Virus record (IMG/VR): IMGVR_UViG_3300035670_000957
Span: 1 to 30,191 of that record
Origin: a virus
Lineage: Duplodnaviria; Caudoviricetes
Direction: 5' to 3' (one strand)
DNA length: 30,191 nt
The notes under the pieces: model-generated
The model's database searches: none
What the model saw: the letters and a program-made list of their open reading frames with translations, nothing else
What the model was told of the DNA's origin: nothing
In this document: positions 1 through 8,396 of the stretch, piece after piece
Layout: each line of letters starts with the position of its first letter
How positions within the stretch are numbered: position 1 is the stretch's first letter
Position numbers and translations under genes: made by a program

Positions 1-425
1 ATCAGCCACACGTCGTGCGCCATCATCGCGGCCTCGTCGAGCCAGAACCACGCGAGGTTCGGGCCGCGCAGGCGATCCGGATCATCGGCGGACCGGAACA
101 GGACCGTCGAGCCGTTCACCAGCTGCATCCGCATCTCGGTGCGATGCCACGACGTCACGATGCCGCCGCGCTGGGCGAGGTCGGCGACGCTGCGCAGCGT
201 GGCGTCGCGCAGCATCGGATACGTCGGCGCCAGCACCATCCCCACCGTACCCGCCGGCATGCGCAATGCCTCGACGGCGCCGGCGCGGCTCTTACCGCTG
301 CCGACGCCGCCGACGAACGCGCGATACCGCGCCGCGCTCGACCAGAACTCGCGCTGCGGTGTCGTCGCGCTGCTGTGACGCAGCGTGATGCTACGTACCT
401 GGCGTGTCGCCGAGGTCGATGACAA
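1..425 (-). CDS. terL: Terminase large subunit, N-terminal ATPase part (truncated by the window edge; missing from the ORF track)
   Basis: Manual translation from TTG at 425 (AGGAG at 437-433) gives ...PQREFWSSAARYRAFVGGVGSGKS...VLAPTYPML...DPDRLRGPNLAWFWLDEAAMM, i.e. Walker A and Walker B. It overlaps the upstream small-subunit gene. Confidence 0.9.
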   Translation of the reverse strand, partial: MSSTSATRQVRSITLRHSSATTPQREFWSSAARYRAFVGGVGSGKSRAGAVEALRMPAGTVGMVLAPTYPMLRDATLRSVADLAQRGGIVTSWHRTEMRMQLVNGSTVLFRSADDPDRLRGPNLAWFWLDEAAMMAHDVWL

Positions 426-717
426 TGCTGGTCTCCTGCCGGATCGTCTGCTCGACGTGTTCGCGCTGCTGCAAATAGATCTTGCCCAGCCAGATCAACA
501 TCGTGTCGCTGCCGGCCCGCGCCTTCTCGAGCTGCAGTGTGCGGATCTGGTGGTGCAGATTTGCGCGGCCCGCCTTTAACTGGGCCCCAAATCGGCGTTG
601 AATGGTGTTCTCGTCGCACCCCGCCAGAATGCCGATGATCTGATCGCTGTGGCCGAGCGCGGCCAGCTCCTGGATCTGATCCGCGTCCAACTTAAGTCTC
701 TTCAGTGGTCGTGGCAT
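391..717 (-). CDS. terS: Probable terminase small subunit (HTH-type)
   Basis: 108 aa with an HTH-like N-terminus and a TMLIWLGKIYLQQ motif; lies directly upstream of terL. Confidence 0.7.
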   Translation of the reverse strand: MPRPLKRLKLDADQIQELAALGHSDQIIGILAGCDENTIQRRFGAQLKAGRANLHHQIRTLQLEKARAGSDTMLIWLGKIYLQQREHVEQTIRQETSIVIDLGDTPGT

Positions 718-823
718 TTCCCGCCTCCTTGTGCCACGCGCGGCGTCATGCGTGCTACCGCCGTGTCCTCACGATACAGTGCGCCCAGGAGACCCCAGCG
801 CCGGTCTTGGTTGAGCACAAGGG

Positions 824-1120
824 CTAGGCGTCCGGGCGATGCTGCGCGTCGAACCGCGCGACGTCGGCCCGCTGCATCGTCCGCGTCAGGCCCGCCGCAG
901 TGGCCGCCGCCGCGATGCCCTCGAGGATGCGCGTGGCGACAGCCGCCGCTTCCCACGGTTGCCCACTGGCGACACCGACGAGCAGCGCCGAGCCGACGCC
1001 GGCCACCACGCTGAACAGCACGATCCACGCGGCGTCGAGATCCGGCTTCGCCAGCTTCAGCAGCTCAACGAGGTAGCCCGTCACGACGGCTGCCGCACCG
1101 GTTGCGATGATACTGTCCAC
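824..1120 (-). CDS. Putative holin
   Basis: 98 aa with 2-3 hydrophobic segments and a charged C-terminus; lies in the lysis cassette. Confidence 0.65.
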   Translation of the reverse strand: MDSIIATGAAAVVTGYLVELLKLAKPDLDAAWIVLFSVVAGVGSALLVGVASGQPWEAAAVATRILEGIAAAATAAGLTRTMQRADVARFDAQHRPDA

Positions 1121-1123
1121 AGG

Positions 1124-1348
1124 CTATCCCCACATTCTCAACAGAAACGACAGCGCGATCGGTGTGCCTGCGCCGAGCAGACCGGCGACGGCCATGATGC
1201 GAACCATCGAGTGCTCGAGACTCTCAATGCGATCCTCGAGCTCATCGAACTGCGTGTCGCCACGATCCAAGCGTTTCTGGATCCAGATCAGCCGTTCCTC
1301 CATCGCGACCAGGCGGTTCATAATCGTCTGGACATCGGATTGTGTCAC
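1124..1348 (-). CDS. Coiled-coil protein with C-terminal TM helix (XhlA-like or holin accessory)
   Basis: Heptad-like N-terminus followed by the hydrophobic segment IMAVAGLLGAGTPIALSFLL; lies between endolysin and holin. Confidence 0.55.
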   Translation of the reverse strand: MTQSDVQTIMNRLVAMEERLIWIQKRLDRGDTQFDELEDRIESLEHSMVRIMAVAGLLGAGTPIALSFLLRMWG

Positions 1349-1875
1349 TGCATCGCCTCCGCTACGTCACGGCGCACCACGTGCAAATCGATGGCCCGGC
1401 CCGGGCAGCTCTTCGGCGAATTACAGTCGCGGTGTCCGATGATGTGGATCTGCCGACGCTGCCATCGCTGTAGTGCGACAAGGACATCATACACCACGGC
1501 GCGCATGCGCGGGCTCCACGGCGCAGCATCGTACCGGCCCACGACCTCGATGCCCACGCTGTCGACGTTGCAGACACCGGCGTGGATGCCGCGTTCGTTC
1601 AGCGCGGTCATCTGCCAGATGCCGTCGTCCTGCGGACGCGGCGAGCCGACGGCGATGAACAGATGCGGGCCCGCCGGCCAGCCGAGACCTTTGTAGTAGT
1701 TGGCCATCGCCTCCATGCTGCGCAGGCCGCGCCACTGGGCGAGCGTCGGCACGACGGTGTGGTGCAGCACGATGCGCTGCCACCAGCTGCAGATGTTGGG
1801 ATGATGATGATCGAGGTGTCGCGCCAGATCGGCGGGCGTCGCCCAGCGGCGGATGTCCATCCGGAATCGTCGCAT
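1345..1875 (-). CDS. Endolysin, N-acetylmuramoyl-L-alanine amidase (Amidase_2/PGRP-like)
   Basis: Zn-amidase motifs IVLHHT, HAGVCNVDSVGIEVVG and IIGHRD..SPKSCPG. Confidence 0.88.
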   Translation of the reverse strand: MRRFRMDIRRWATPADLARHLDHHHPNICSWWQRIVLHHTVVPTLAQWRGLRSMEAMANYYKGLGWPAGPHLFIAVGSPRPQDDGIWQMTALNERGIHAGVCNVDSVGIEVVGRYDAAPWSPRMRAVVYDVLVALQRWQRRQIHIIGHRDCNSPKSCPGRAIDLHVVRRDVAEAMQ

Positions 1876-1885
1876 AGTGCCTCCA

Positions 1886-2740
1886 CTAAACCAGCGTCTC
1901 CATGGGGCTCATACTACTGACAATCCTATCGCGAGCAATGCTCAGGTAATGGGCGTTCTGGTCTATGCCAATGAATGCCGACGCATGATGCATGCCTGCG
2001 GCAACTCCCATGGTGCCAGAACCGCAAAAGGGATCTAGCACAACACCGTCTGGTGGCACCAAATACCGGGTCCACCATTGAACGAGGGGTAGCGGCGTTC
2101 CTGCGCCATGACCATGCGCTCCAGCACTGCTGGTTGAGTTCGTATTGGCACACACAGTGACGTTGAATGGCGTAACGCCACCACGACGAATCGATGCATC
2201 AATGATGCTGTGTCGATCAATATTATGCCCAGACGGATAGTACAACCTAGAGCGTTTTTCAAGTGTTTCATGCCGTTGTTGCGATAGTGTAGCGTCAGAT
2301 GGCGACATCAATACAGTCGATTGATCGCGATAACAGTCTGGCTCACCCATCCATACAATGCACTTCAGAGCCGGACGCAACAGTCCGTACTGCGACGCTC
2401 CGCCACCAGGCATGGTAGCGTGGTTGAACCAGTACGCGTCTTGCACTATGTTCCAGTGTTGCGCCCAGTGCGCCATGAACTGCCATAGCCATGGCCGCAT
2501 GCGGCCGATTTTACTGCTATTAGGCTGCAGGATGAACACGGCAGAACCACGAGGCGTGAGCACGCGCCGGCACTCTGTCACTACGGCGTTCATCAGATCA
2601 TGCCACTGGTCCTCACTGAGTCTGCCGTAGTCACGCGAGATCTCGGCGTATGGCGGATCAGTAATGATCGTATCTATGGACGAGCTGGGAATGCTCGCCA
2701 TGATCTGGCGACAATCGCCATGGTGCAGCTCCAATCGCAT
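1886..2740 (-). CDS. DNA amino-methyltransferase (N6A/N4C, beta class)
   Basis: Catalytic TDPPY near the N-terminus and SAM-binding VLDPFCGSGT near the C-terminus. Confidence 0.92.
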   Translation of the reverse strand: MRLELHHGDCRQIMASIPSSSIDTIITDPPYAEISRDYGRLSEDQWHDLMNAVVTECRRVLTPRGSAVFILQPNSSKIGRMRPWLWQFMAHWAQHWNIVQDAYWFNHATMPGGGASQYGLLRPALKCIVWMGEPDCYRDQSTVLMSPSDATLSQQRHETLEKRSRLYYPSGHNIDRHSIIDASIRRGGVTPFNVTVCANTNSTSSAGAHGHGAGTPLPLVQWWTRYLVPPDGVVLDPFCGSGTMGVAAGMHHASAFIGIDQNAHYLSIARDRIVSSMSPMETLV

Positions 2741-2851
2741 GGTGCCTCCTGTTCAAACGTCAAGCGCCGGATCCGGTAGAATCCGGCGCCTGCCGAACGC
2801 CGGGCGCCGCAGCCCCGTAGAAGACCCCCTCGGCGCCCACCACAGTATACC

Positions 2852-5494
2852 CTACAATGTGATGATGCCCAGCTTCGGCCACGCGGCGTTGCCGAGGCGC
2901 GCAGCCTTCCGCGCCTTCCACTCGTCGGTGTAGCCCTCCGGATCCGTGCCGTGTGCAACGCCGGCCCGATCGGTGCCCCACTCCGAGACAGCGATATATC
3001 GCCGACCACCAATCGGCTCGTCCATGTACGCATCGACAATCACCATGTCAGTCGCGCCTGGTGCAGCATCGCGCATATACCACTCCGGCGGTACCACTCG
3101 AGCTTCGACCACTTCGACGGCAGGCTCGACGGCTTCGACGATGTCGGCGGTGTCGCCGACCATATGGTCAGTCCCTTGTCCCTTGTCCCCTGTTGGGGGC
3201 CTTATAGGCCCCCCAACAACAGGGGACAAGGGGACAGGTAGGGGACAAATAGGGGACAACTCAGGCGACATAGGGGACAACACCGGCGACGTTTCGCATT
3301 GCAATGCGGAATCGCCTATTGCGCCACTGGCGACAGCACTGGGGACAGAATCATCAGGCGACAGGGGACAAACGGTGCCCTTGTCCCCAGTGACAGGGGA
3401 CAGATTTCCGTTGTCCCCAGTGACTGGCGACACACTGGCGACAGATAGGGGACAAGGTGGCGACAACACTGGCGACAGTGGCGACAGTGGCGACACGGGG
3501 TTGACGCGCCAGTTGTAGCGCCCATCCTCGCTGGCCAGTGCGGCGGTTCCGATACCCCCAGCGGCAGCGACGCCTTCCAGGTACTGCTGGCCCCTCTCGG
3601 TGATGGTGAACAAACTGTTGTTCTGTTCGATCATGAATCGCTTCAACAACCGGGAGATACTCTTGCTGACCGTCTGCCGCGACTGCCCTGACGAGTCGAC
3701 AAGAGCCGACTGCGACGCCCCGTCGCGATACTGCTGCAGCATCAGAACCTCGAGGAGCTGCAGCTGCATCGGCGACAGCGGTCGATCGGCAGCTGGCGCC
3801 GCCCGATGATGGGGCGTCAGCACCACACTATCGGCCACGCCGACCATGGCGTAGTAGAGCTCCTCGAACGGCTTGCCGTTGTTGGCCTTGTCCACACGCA
3901 GTGTGACGCGGTTGTCGTCGGCATCGGCAGCGACACGCACAACCACGCGCGACGCGCCGCGCAGCGCACTCGAGCCGCGCTCGTGGGCGTCATCCCAGCC
4001 CGCGTGGTGCACGACGAGCAGCGCCGGGTTGCCGGCATCGGCGACCAGTGTGCGCAGCGCCGCGACGGCAATGCCCATGTCCTGCGCCGCGTTCTCGTCG
4101 AGCCCAGCCGCGCCCAGGCACTCCGCCAGCGGATCGATGATGATCATGCGGGCCTCGAGGGCGCGGCACTCATCAGACAGCGCGCCGATCTGATCGCGAT
4201 CGCGCAGGTTGATCGCCTCGGGGTAGACGTAGAACTGCCCCGGCCCCTGGCTGCGCGTGTGCTGGCACCACGCGTGGATGCGCGGCGCAAGCTCGCCGGG
4301 AGCCTCGCCAGCCACGTACACCACCGGCATGTGCTGCGCAATGGTCAGCGCGACATCGAGTGCGGCGAGGCTCTTGCCTGCGCCCGGCTTGCCGAAGAAC
4401 TGGGTGATGACGCCCAGGCCGAGGAGCTTGTCGACCAACCATGTGGTCTGCGGCAGGTTCGCCAGATCACTCGCATGGATCAACGACGTGTAGCGCCGTG
4501 CTGGCGCTGTGACGCCACCAGAAGCCTCAGGAACGACGACAGCATCGGACGCCACAGATTGCACGGGCGCGTCGGCAGCGTGACGCTCACGTGGTTCGTC
4601 GTCGCGCCAGTCGATCCGAGCCGGATCACGCAGCCCAGCATCGTAGCCGCTGCGCATCGTCGACACGATCTCGCGATTGCCCAGGCCGATGGCGCCGGCA
4701 GTGCTCTGCACGACGTCGAGCCACCGCTGCGCATCGGCGATGGTGCCGGCCGCGTCCAGCTGCCCGAGACGGTACGAGGTCCAGTTGAGCGCCTTGTTAC
4801 GCGCCCCTTCGCCAGCCTGGCTGAGCTCGCCGATCAGGCGCTCCATGGCGTTCTCGCCGTATGCGTGTTTGCGCGCATCGCTGGGCGCAATGTCGAACCG
4901 AGTCGCGAGAACGCGTGGCGCGGGCGCGGTCACTGCCGGCACGGCCTCGACTGGCTGCGGCAGCAGCGCGATCATCTCCGATGCCGGCACGCAGATGGTG
5001 CCTCCGAGACGGTCCAGCGAATCCATCGTGAGGTGACACAGGTTCTCGCCGGCGATCCAGTCGTACCCGCTGCCGTCGTCTGCGCGCCAGCTCCTCTTGC
5101 GCTGCCAGTCCTGCGGGACGTCACGCATGATGATATGCAATCCGCGTCCGCTATGCGACCACTCCACGTAGCCGCGCTTGAGCGCGCGCGCCACGATCGG
5201 CTGCGCCCACGCGACCAGGCTTTTGCGATCACGCGGCGACGTCGCCACCTGGTCGAGGTCGAGCACGGCGAAGCCGTCCGACATCACACGCGCCAGGCCG
5301 AGCCGGTCGCCCAGCTGCGGCATGACGTCATCGATGTGGCGTCGGCTGGTCGCGGTTCGCCACTTCTCGTAGCGCCCAGGCCGCTTCTCGCCTGCGTCCC
5401 ATGTGATCCACTGATCCGCGTGCCGAATTGCCAGCGGCAGCAGCGTGTAATCCGCCTTGGTCAGAATTGCTTGGGTGCCGAGACTCGACGCCAT
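2852..5494 (-). CDS. Replication protein: prim-pol-like domain + RecA-fold AAA_25-type helicase + winged HTH + S/P-rich repeat region
   Basis: VLDLD and YVEWSHSGRGLHI (AEP-like); RNKALN (primase C-terminal-like); Walker A GKPGAGKS; Walker B IIIDPL; LVVHH and RGSSAL. RBS GGAGG lies upstream. Confidence 0.85.
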   Translation of the reverse strand: MASSLGTQAILTKADYTLLPLAIRHADQWITWDAGEKRPGRYEKWRTATSRRHIDDVMPQLGDRLGLARVMSDGFAVLDLDQVATSPRDRKSLVAWAQPIVARALKRGYVEWSHSGRGLHIIMRDVPQDWQRKRSWRADDGSGYDWIAGENLCHLTMDSLDRLGGTICVPASEMIALLPQPVEAVPAVTAPAPRVLATRFDIAPSDARKHAYGENAMERLIGELSQAGEGARNKALNWTSYRLGQLDAAGTIADAQRWLDVVQSTAGAIGLGNREIVSTMRSGYDAGLRDPARIDWRDDEPRERHAADAPVQSVASDAVVVPEASGGVTAPARRYTSLIHASDLANLPQTTWLVDKLLGLGVITQFFGKPGAGKSLAALDVALTIAQHMPVVYVAGEAPGELAPRIHAWCQHTRSQGPGQFYVYPEAINLRDRDQIGALSDECRALEARMIIIDPLAECLGAAGLDENAAQDMGIAVAALRTLVADAGNPALLVVHHAGWDDAHERGSSALRGASRVVVRVAADADDNRVTLRVDKANNGKPFEELYYAMVGVADSVVLTPHHRAAPAADRPLSPMQLQLLEVLMLQQYRDGASQSALVDSSGQSRQTVSKSISRLLKRFMIEQNNSLFTITERGQQYLEGVAAAGGIGTAALASEDGRYNWRVNPVSPLSPLSPVLSPPCPLSVASVSPVTGDNGNLSPVTGDKGTVCPLSPDDSVPSAVASGAIGDSALQCETSPVLSPMSPELSPICPLPVPLSPVVGGPIRPPTGDKGQGTDHMVGDTADIVEAVEPAVEVVEARVVPPEWYMRDAAPGATDMVIVDAYMDEPIGGRRYIAVSEWGTDRAGVAHGTDPEGYTDEWKARKAARLGNAAWPKLGIITL
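3171..3495. repeat. Cluster of about 20 GG(G/C)GACA heptamers with a long hairpin; candidate iteron origin
   Basis: GGGGACA/GGCGACA occurs in both orientations. There is an imperfect inverted repeat at 3171-3235 and a 14-bp palindrome CGCATTGCAATGCG at 3295-3308. Confidence 0.75.
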
Positions 5495-5513
5495 GATGAC
5501 CTCCGTGTATAAT
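5485..5513 (+). promoter_or_regulatory. Possible sigma70-type promoter antisense to the rep leader
   Basis: TCGACG (5485-5490), 17-nt spacer, TATAAT (5508-5513). Confidence 0.4.
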
Positions 5514-5627
5514 GGCGGTGTGCCGCGTTCTGATCATTCGCTCCGACAGAATGTGCATTCTCCGGGCCCCTGTCCTGACGCCGCCGGTGGACGAAACCGG
5601 CGGCGTTCGTGTGTCCGGCAGTATAGC

Positions 5628-5846
5628 CTATCGGCGTCGCCGTGGTGCTGCTGCCGCTTCCTCCTCGGCGCGCTTCGCTGCGATGTGATCGACGATGACC
5701 ATCCGCAGGTACTGCGATAGCGCCATGCCGTAGCGCTGCGCCATCTGCTCGACCTGATTGAACACGATCATCGGTACCGGCACGCTGATGCGGATTGCGT
5801 CTGGGCCCACGCGTCGTGGCGTGCGCGAACGTGGTGGATTGGTCAT
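5628..5846 (-). CDS. Ribbon-helix-helix (CopG/Arc-like) DNA-binding protein
   Basis: 72 aa from ATG 5846 with a GGAG RBS; strand-helix-helix pattern IRISVPVP-MIVFNQVEQMAQRYG-MALSQYLRMVIVDHI. Confidence 0.75.
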   Translation of the reverse strand: MTNPPRSRTPRRVGPDAIRISVPVPMIVFNQVEQMAQRYGMALSQYLRMVIVDHIAAKRAEEEAAAAPRRRR

Positions 5847-5881
5847 AGCCGTCTCCATATAATGGCGGTTCCCATGACCAC

Positions 5882-5890
5882 AGTATAACA
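5882..5890 (-). promoter_or_regulatory. Extended -10 promoter for the leftward RHH/rep operon
   Basis: TGtTATACT on the minus strand in an AT-rich divergent gap; no good -35. Confidence 0.5.
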
Positions 5891-5932
5891 CACATTCTCC
5901 CCACGCACATCTATATAGCAATCGGATTGCGC

Positions 5933-5961
5933 TTGCACATCTCGTGCCGTTGTGGTATACT
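5933..5961 (+). promoter_or_regulatory. Rightward sigma70-type promoter
   Basis: TTGCAC, 17-nt spacer, TATACT with a TGn extension; adjacent palindrome GCAATC-G-GATTGC at 5918-5930. Confidence 0.7.
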
Positions 5962-6007
5962 CTGGTCATCGGGCAACGCATGCCCGAAATGGCAAGGAGA
6001 CATAACC

Positions 6008-6238
6008 ATGCAACACGTTCCTGACGCTTGGTGGATCGGACGCGGACTGCCGGGACAATCGCCGATCGAGACGGAGCTGTGCGAGGAGCTCGACACGCTG
6101 CGCAGCGTGATGAGCACGATCGACCGTCTGCTGGACACATCGCCACACGCCGAGTCGCTGGCCAGCCTGGGCTACCAGGTGCAGGAGCGCATCGAGGAAA
6201 TCGAGCGCGATCTGCGCAGCATTCGGTACTACCTGTGA
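6008..6238 (+). CDS. Hypothetical protein (helical/coiled-coil)
   Basis: AAGGAG RBS before ATG 6008; first gene after the promoter. Confidence 0.7.
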   Translation: MQHVPDAWWIGRGLPGQSPIETELCEELDTLRSVMSTIDRLLDTSPHAESLASLGYQVQERIEEIERDLRSIRYYL

Positions 6239-6420
6239 GCATCGACGTGATCGAGGACGGTGCCGGCTACACCGTCCTCGTCGACCACCAGCCGCACGCC
6301 GTCGGGATTGATCTGCCGACGGCCTACCGACTCGCCTGGGACATCGCACGCACGCATCGCGACACGGCAGTGACGATCACGCTGCCGCCCATCTACCGCA
6401 GCATCGACTGGTACGCCTGA
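6235..6420 (+). CDS. Hypothetical protein
   Basis: GTGA overlap with the previous stop codon; GC3-rich codons. Confidence 0.6.
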   Translation: MSIDVIEDGAGYTVLVDHQPHAVGIDLPTAYRLAWDIARTHRDTAVTITLPPIYRSIDWYA

Positions 6421-6442
6421 ACCGCACGAAAGGACACCGATC

Positions 6443-7252
6443 ATGACGTTCGACATCAACGATCTCGACAACTTCACCAGCGCCTACACCGACAACGCAC
6501 CGCAGGGCGACGGCCTCGCCAGGATTCATTGGCACAACGGCGATCCGGGCGCAAGGACTCCCGGCTCGTTCTTCCTGACGCGGCGCAACGCCGAGAACAA
6601 CGGCGTGACCGTGGACGGCTCGCCGTGGCGCGACGTCGTGCGCACGTTCCGGTCAGGCACGAGCGAAGACGGCTACGAAGCCCGCGCGCTGAAGTTGGCC
6701 GTGCTCGGCGTCCGGCAGTCTGACGTCGTGATCGACGCCGAGGGCGTGATGACCTACGTGGGCCGCACGCCACGCGGCGCGGCACGGCCTGCCGGCTGGT
6801 CGCTGTACGTCGAAATCCTCTGCATGGCGCAGGGGCTCAACCAGCCCGTCGTGTGGGCCAGCAAGCGCATCAAGACGAGCATGGCCATGGTCACGATGCT
6901 GCGCGAGTACCGCAGCGCGCTGCTCGACAAGATCCGTCAGGAGAAGCGGAACCCGTCGATCCCGGCCTGGGCGTTCTGGCTGCCGATCCGCGGCGAGGTC
7001 GACGCCAAGCGGCAGCCGGTGTACGAGCGAACGAAGGGCGCGCCGGTGACGCCGCCAAGGCTAATCCTGCCGGACGGCGACGCGCTGACCATGGCCCGCG
7101 GGCTGTATGTCGGCAGGCAGCTGCTCGAGATCGGCGAGGAACTCCGCCGCGAGTACGACGGCTGGCTGCAGCAGACGCCGGCAGACGCCGCACCGGCGGC
7201 TCCGTCGCACAACACGCCGCAGCCGATCGACGATGATAGCCTGACCTTCTAA
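6443..7252 (+). CDS. Putative single-stranded DNA-binding / recombination-associated protein
   Basis: 269 aa ending in a Pro/Ala linker and the acidic-aromatic tail IDDDSLTF, similar to the SSB C-terminal tip; lies next to the clamp gene. Function is inferred. Confidence 0.5.
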   Translation: MTFDINDLDNFTSAYTDNAPQGDGLARIHWHNGDPGARTPGSFFLTRRNAENNGVTVDGSPWRDVVRTFRSGTSEDGYEARALKLAVLGVRQSDVVIDAEGVMTYVGRTPRGAARPAGWSLYVEILCMAQGLNQPVVWASKRIKTSMAMVTMLREYRSALLDKIRQEKRNPSIPAWAFWLPIRGEVDAKRQPVYERTKGAPVTPPRLILPDGDALTMARGLYVGRQLLEIGEELRREYDGWLQQTPADAAPAAPSHNTPQPIDDDSLTF

Positions 7253-7269
7253 AAAAAACGACGCCCAGC

Positions 7270-7296
7270 GATGCGCCGAGCAAACCTCGGCGCATC
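7270..7296. other. Intergenic stem-loop
   Basis: GATGCGCCGAG-caaac-CTCGGCGCATC: a perfect 11-bp stem just before the AGGAGG RBS of the clamp gene. Confidence 0.6.
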
Positions 7297-7313
7297 ATCA
7301 TAGGAGGCTGACC

Positions 7314-8396
7314 ATGGAGATCAATCGAGTCGCACTGGTGTCCGCACTCAGCAAATTGAAGCCCGCCGTTGGTGGTAAGAGCGGCCAGGCGGTGTTCACG
7401 TGGCTGCTGATGGCGCCCGGCGCCCACGGCCTGACGCTGCGCACGTGCAGCGAGCACCTCAGCGTCGAGATCGAGATCGCCGCCACCGATCCGATCGCCG
7501 AGCCGGTCGCCGTCGTGTACCAGACACTCGCTGACGCTGTCGGCGCGATGTCGGACGCCACGATCGTCCTCGACGTGGTTGTCACCGCCCTGGTACTGCG
7601 CGGCCAGCACGCCGAGGTCGAGCTCGAGACCGTGTCTGCCGACCAGTACCCCGATCCGCCGCGCATGCCCAGCGCGCGCGACATCACGACGATGGGCCGC
7701 GACGGCTGGATCGACCTGCTCGCCATGATGGCGCCGGCAGCCGCTAAGGAGTCCATCAGGCCGATGCTGGCCAGCGTGCTGGTCGGCGAGCACGCGGTCG
7801 CCGCGGCGGACGGATACCGCGCCCACATGTCCGGCAGCACCTACGGCAGTCACGTGCTGCTGCCGCCGACGATGGTCGGCGCGCTGGTGGCAGCGCTCAA
7901 GGGCGCAGGCGACGGACAGTACACGCTGCGCGCCGGCGATTTTTGGGCCGCGATGACCATCGGTTCGGCGACGATCAGCGGCAGGCTCGTTGCCGGCACC
8001 TACCCCCAGCTAGGTCGCATCATCGAGCCGCTGGCAGCGGCAACGCCACGCGCCACGATCACCATCAAGGCGATGCTGGAGGCACTCAAGGTCGCGCTGG
8101 CGCTGCGCAGCGAGCTGGCCATTGTGCGCCTGAAACTCGAGCGCGGCGAGCTGACGCTCAGCGCCAAGCCGGCGACGGGTTCGTCGCGGGCGCTGGCGCG
8201 TGTGACGGTGGCCGGCGCCGATGGCGCTGACTGGCAGATCGCCGTGAACGGCGCGTACCTGCGCGACGCGCTGAACGCCATGGCGATCGTCGGCACCACG
8301 TGCCAGCTCGTCGTGATCGACAGCAAGACGCCGCTGGGGCTGAACAACGGCAGCATGTGGACCGTCGTGATGCCGATGACGGTAGGTGCGGTATGA
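7314..8396 (+). CDS. dnaN: DNA polymerase III beta sliding clamp homolog
   Basis: 360 aa; DQYP, RPMLASV, AADGYR, GRLVAGTYP, VNGAYLRDAL and C-terminal VVMPM match the DnaN motif order. Confidence 0.88.
   Translation: MEINRVALVSALSKLKPAVGGKSGQAVFTWLLMAPGAHGLTLRTCSEHLSVEIEIAATDPIAEPVAVVYQTLADAVGAMSDATIVLDVVVTALVLRGQHAEVELETVSADQYPDPPRMPSARDITTMGRDGWIDLLAMMAPAAAKESIRPMLASVLVGEHAVAAADGYRAHMSGSTYGSHVLLPPTMVGALVAALKGAGDGQYTLRAGDFWAAMTIGSATISGRLVAGTYPQLGRIIEPLAAATPRATITIKAMLEALKVALALRSELAIVRLKLERGELTLSAKPATGSSRALARVTVAGADGADWQIAVNGAYLRDALNAMAIVGTTCQLVVIDSKTPLGLNNGSMWTVVMPMTVGAV

Noticed and set aside
702-1028. 108-aa minus-strand ORF between holin and terS
   Set aside because: Mostly overlaps the holin in another frame and is Arg-rich. 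A short 3' ORF is possible but unsupported.
3806-5512. 568-aa + strand ORF
   Set aside because: Antisense shadow of the motif-rich rep gene, as expected in high-GC DNA.
7251-7296. A-tract plus hairpin as a minus-strand terminator
   Set aside because: The A-tract is about 10 nt from the stem, too far for a canonical terminator; kept only as a stem-loop.
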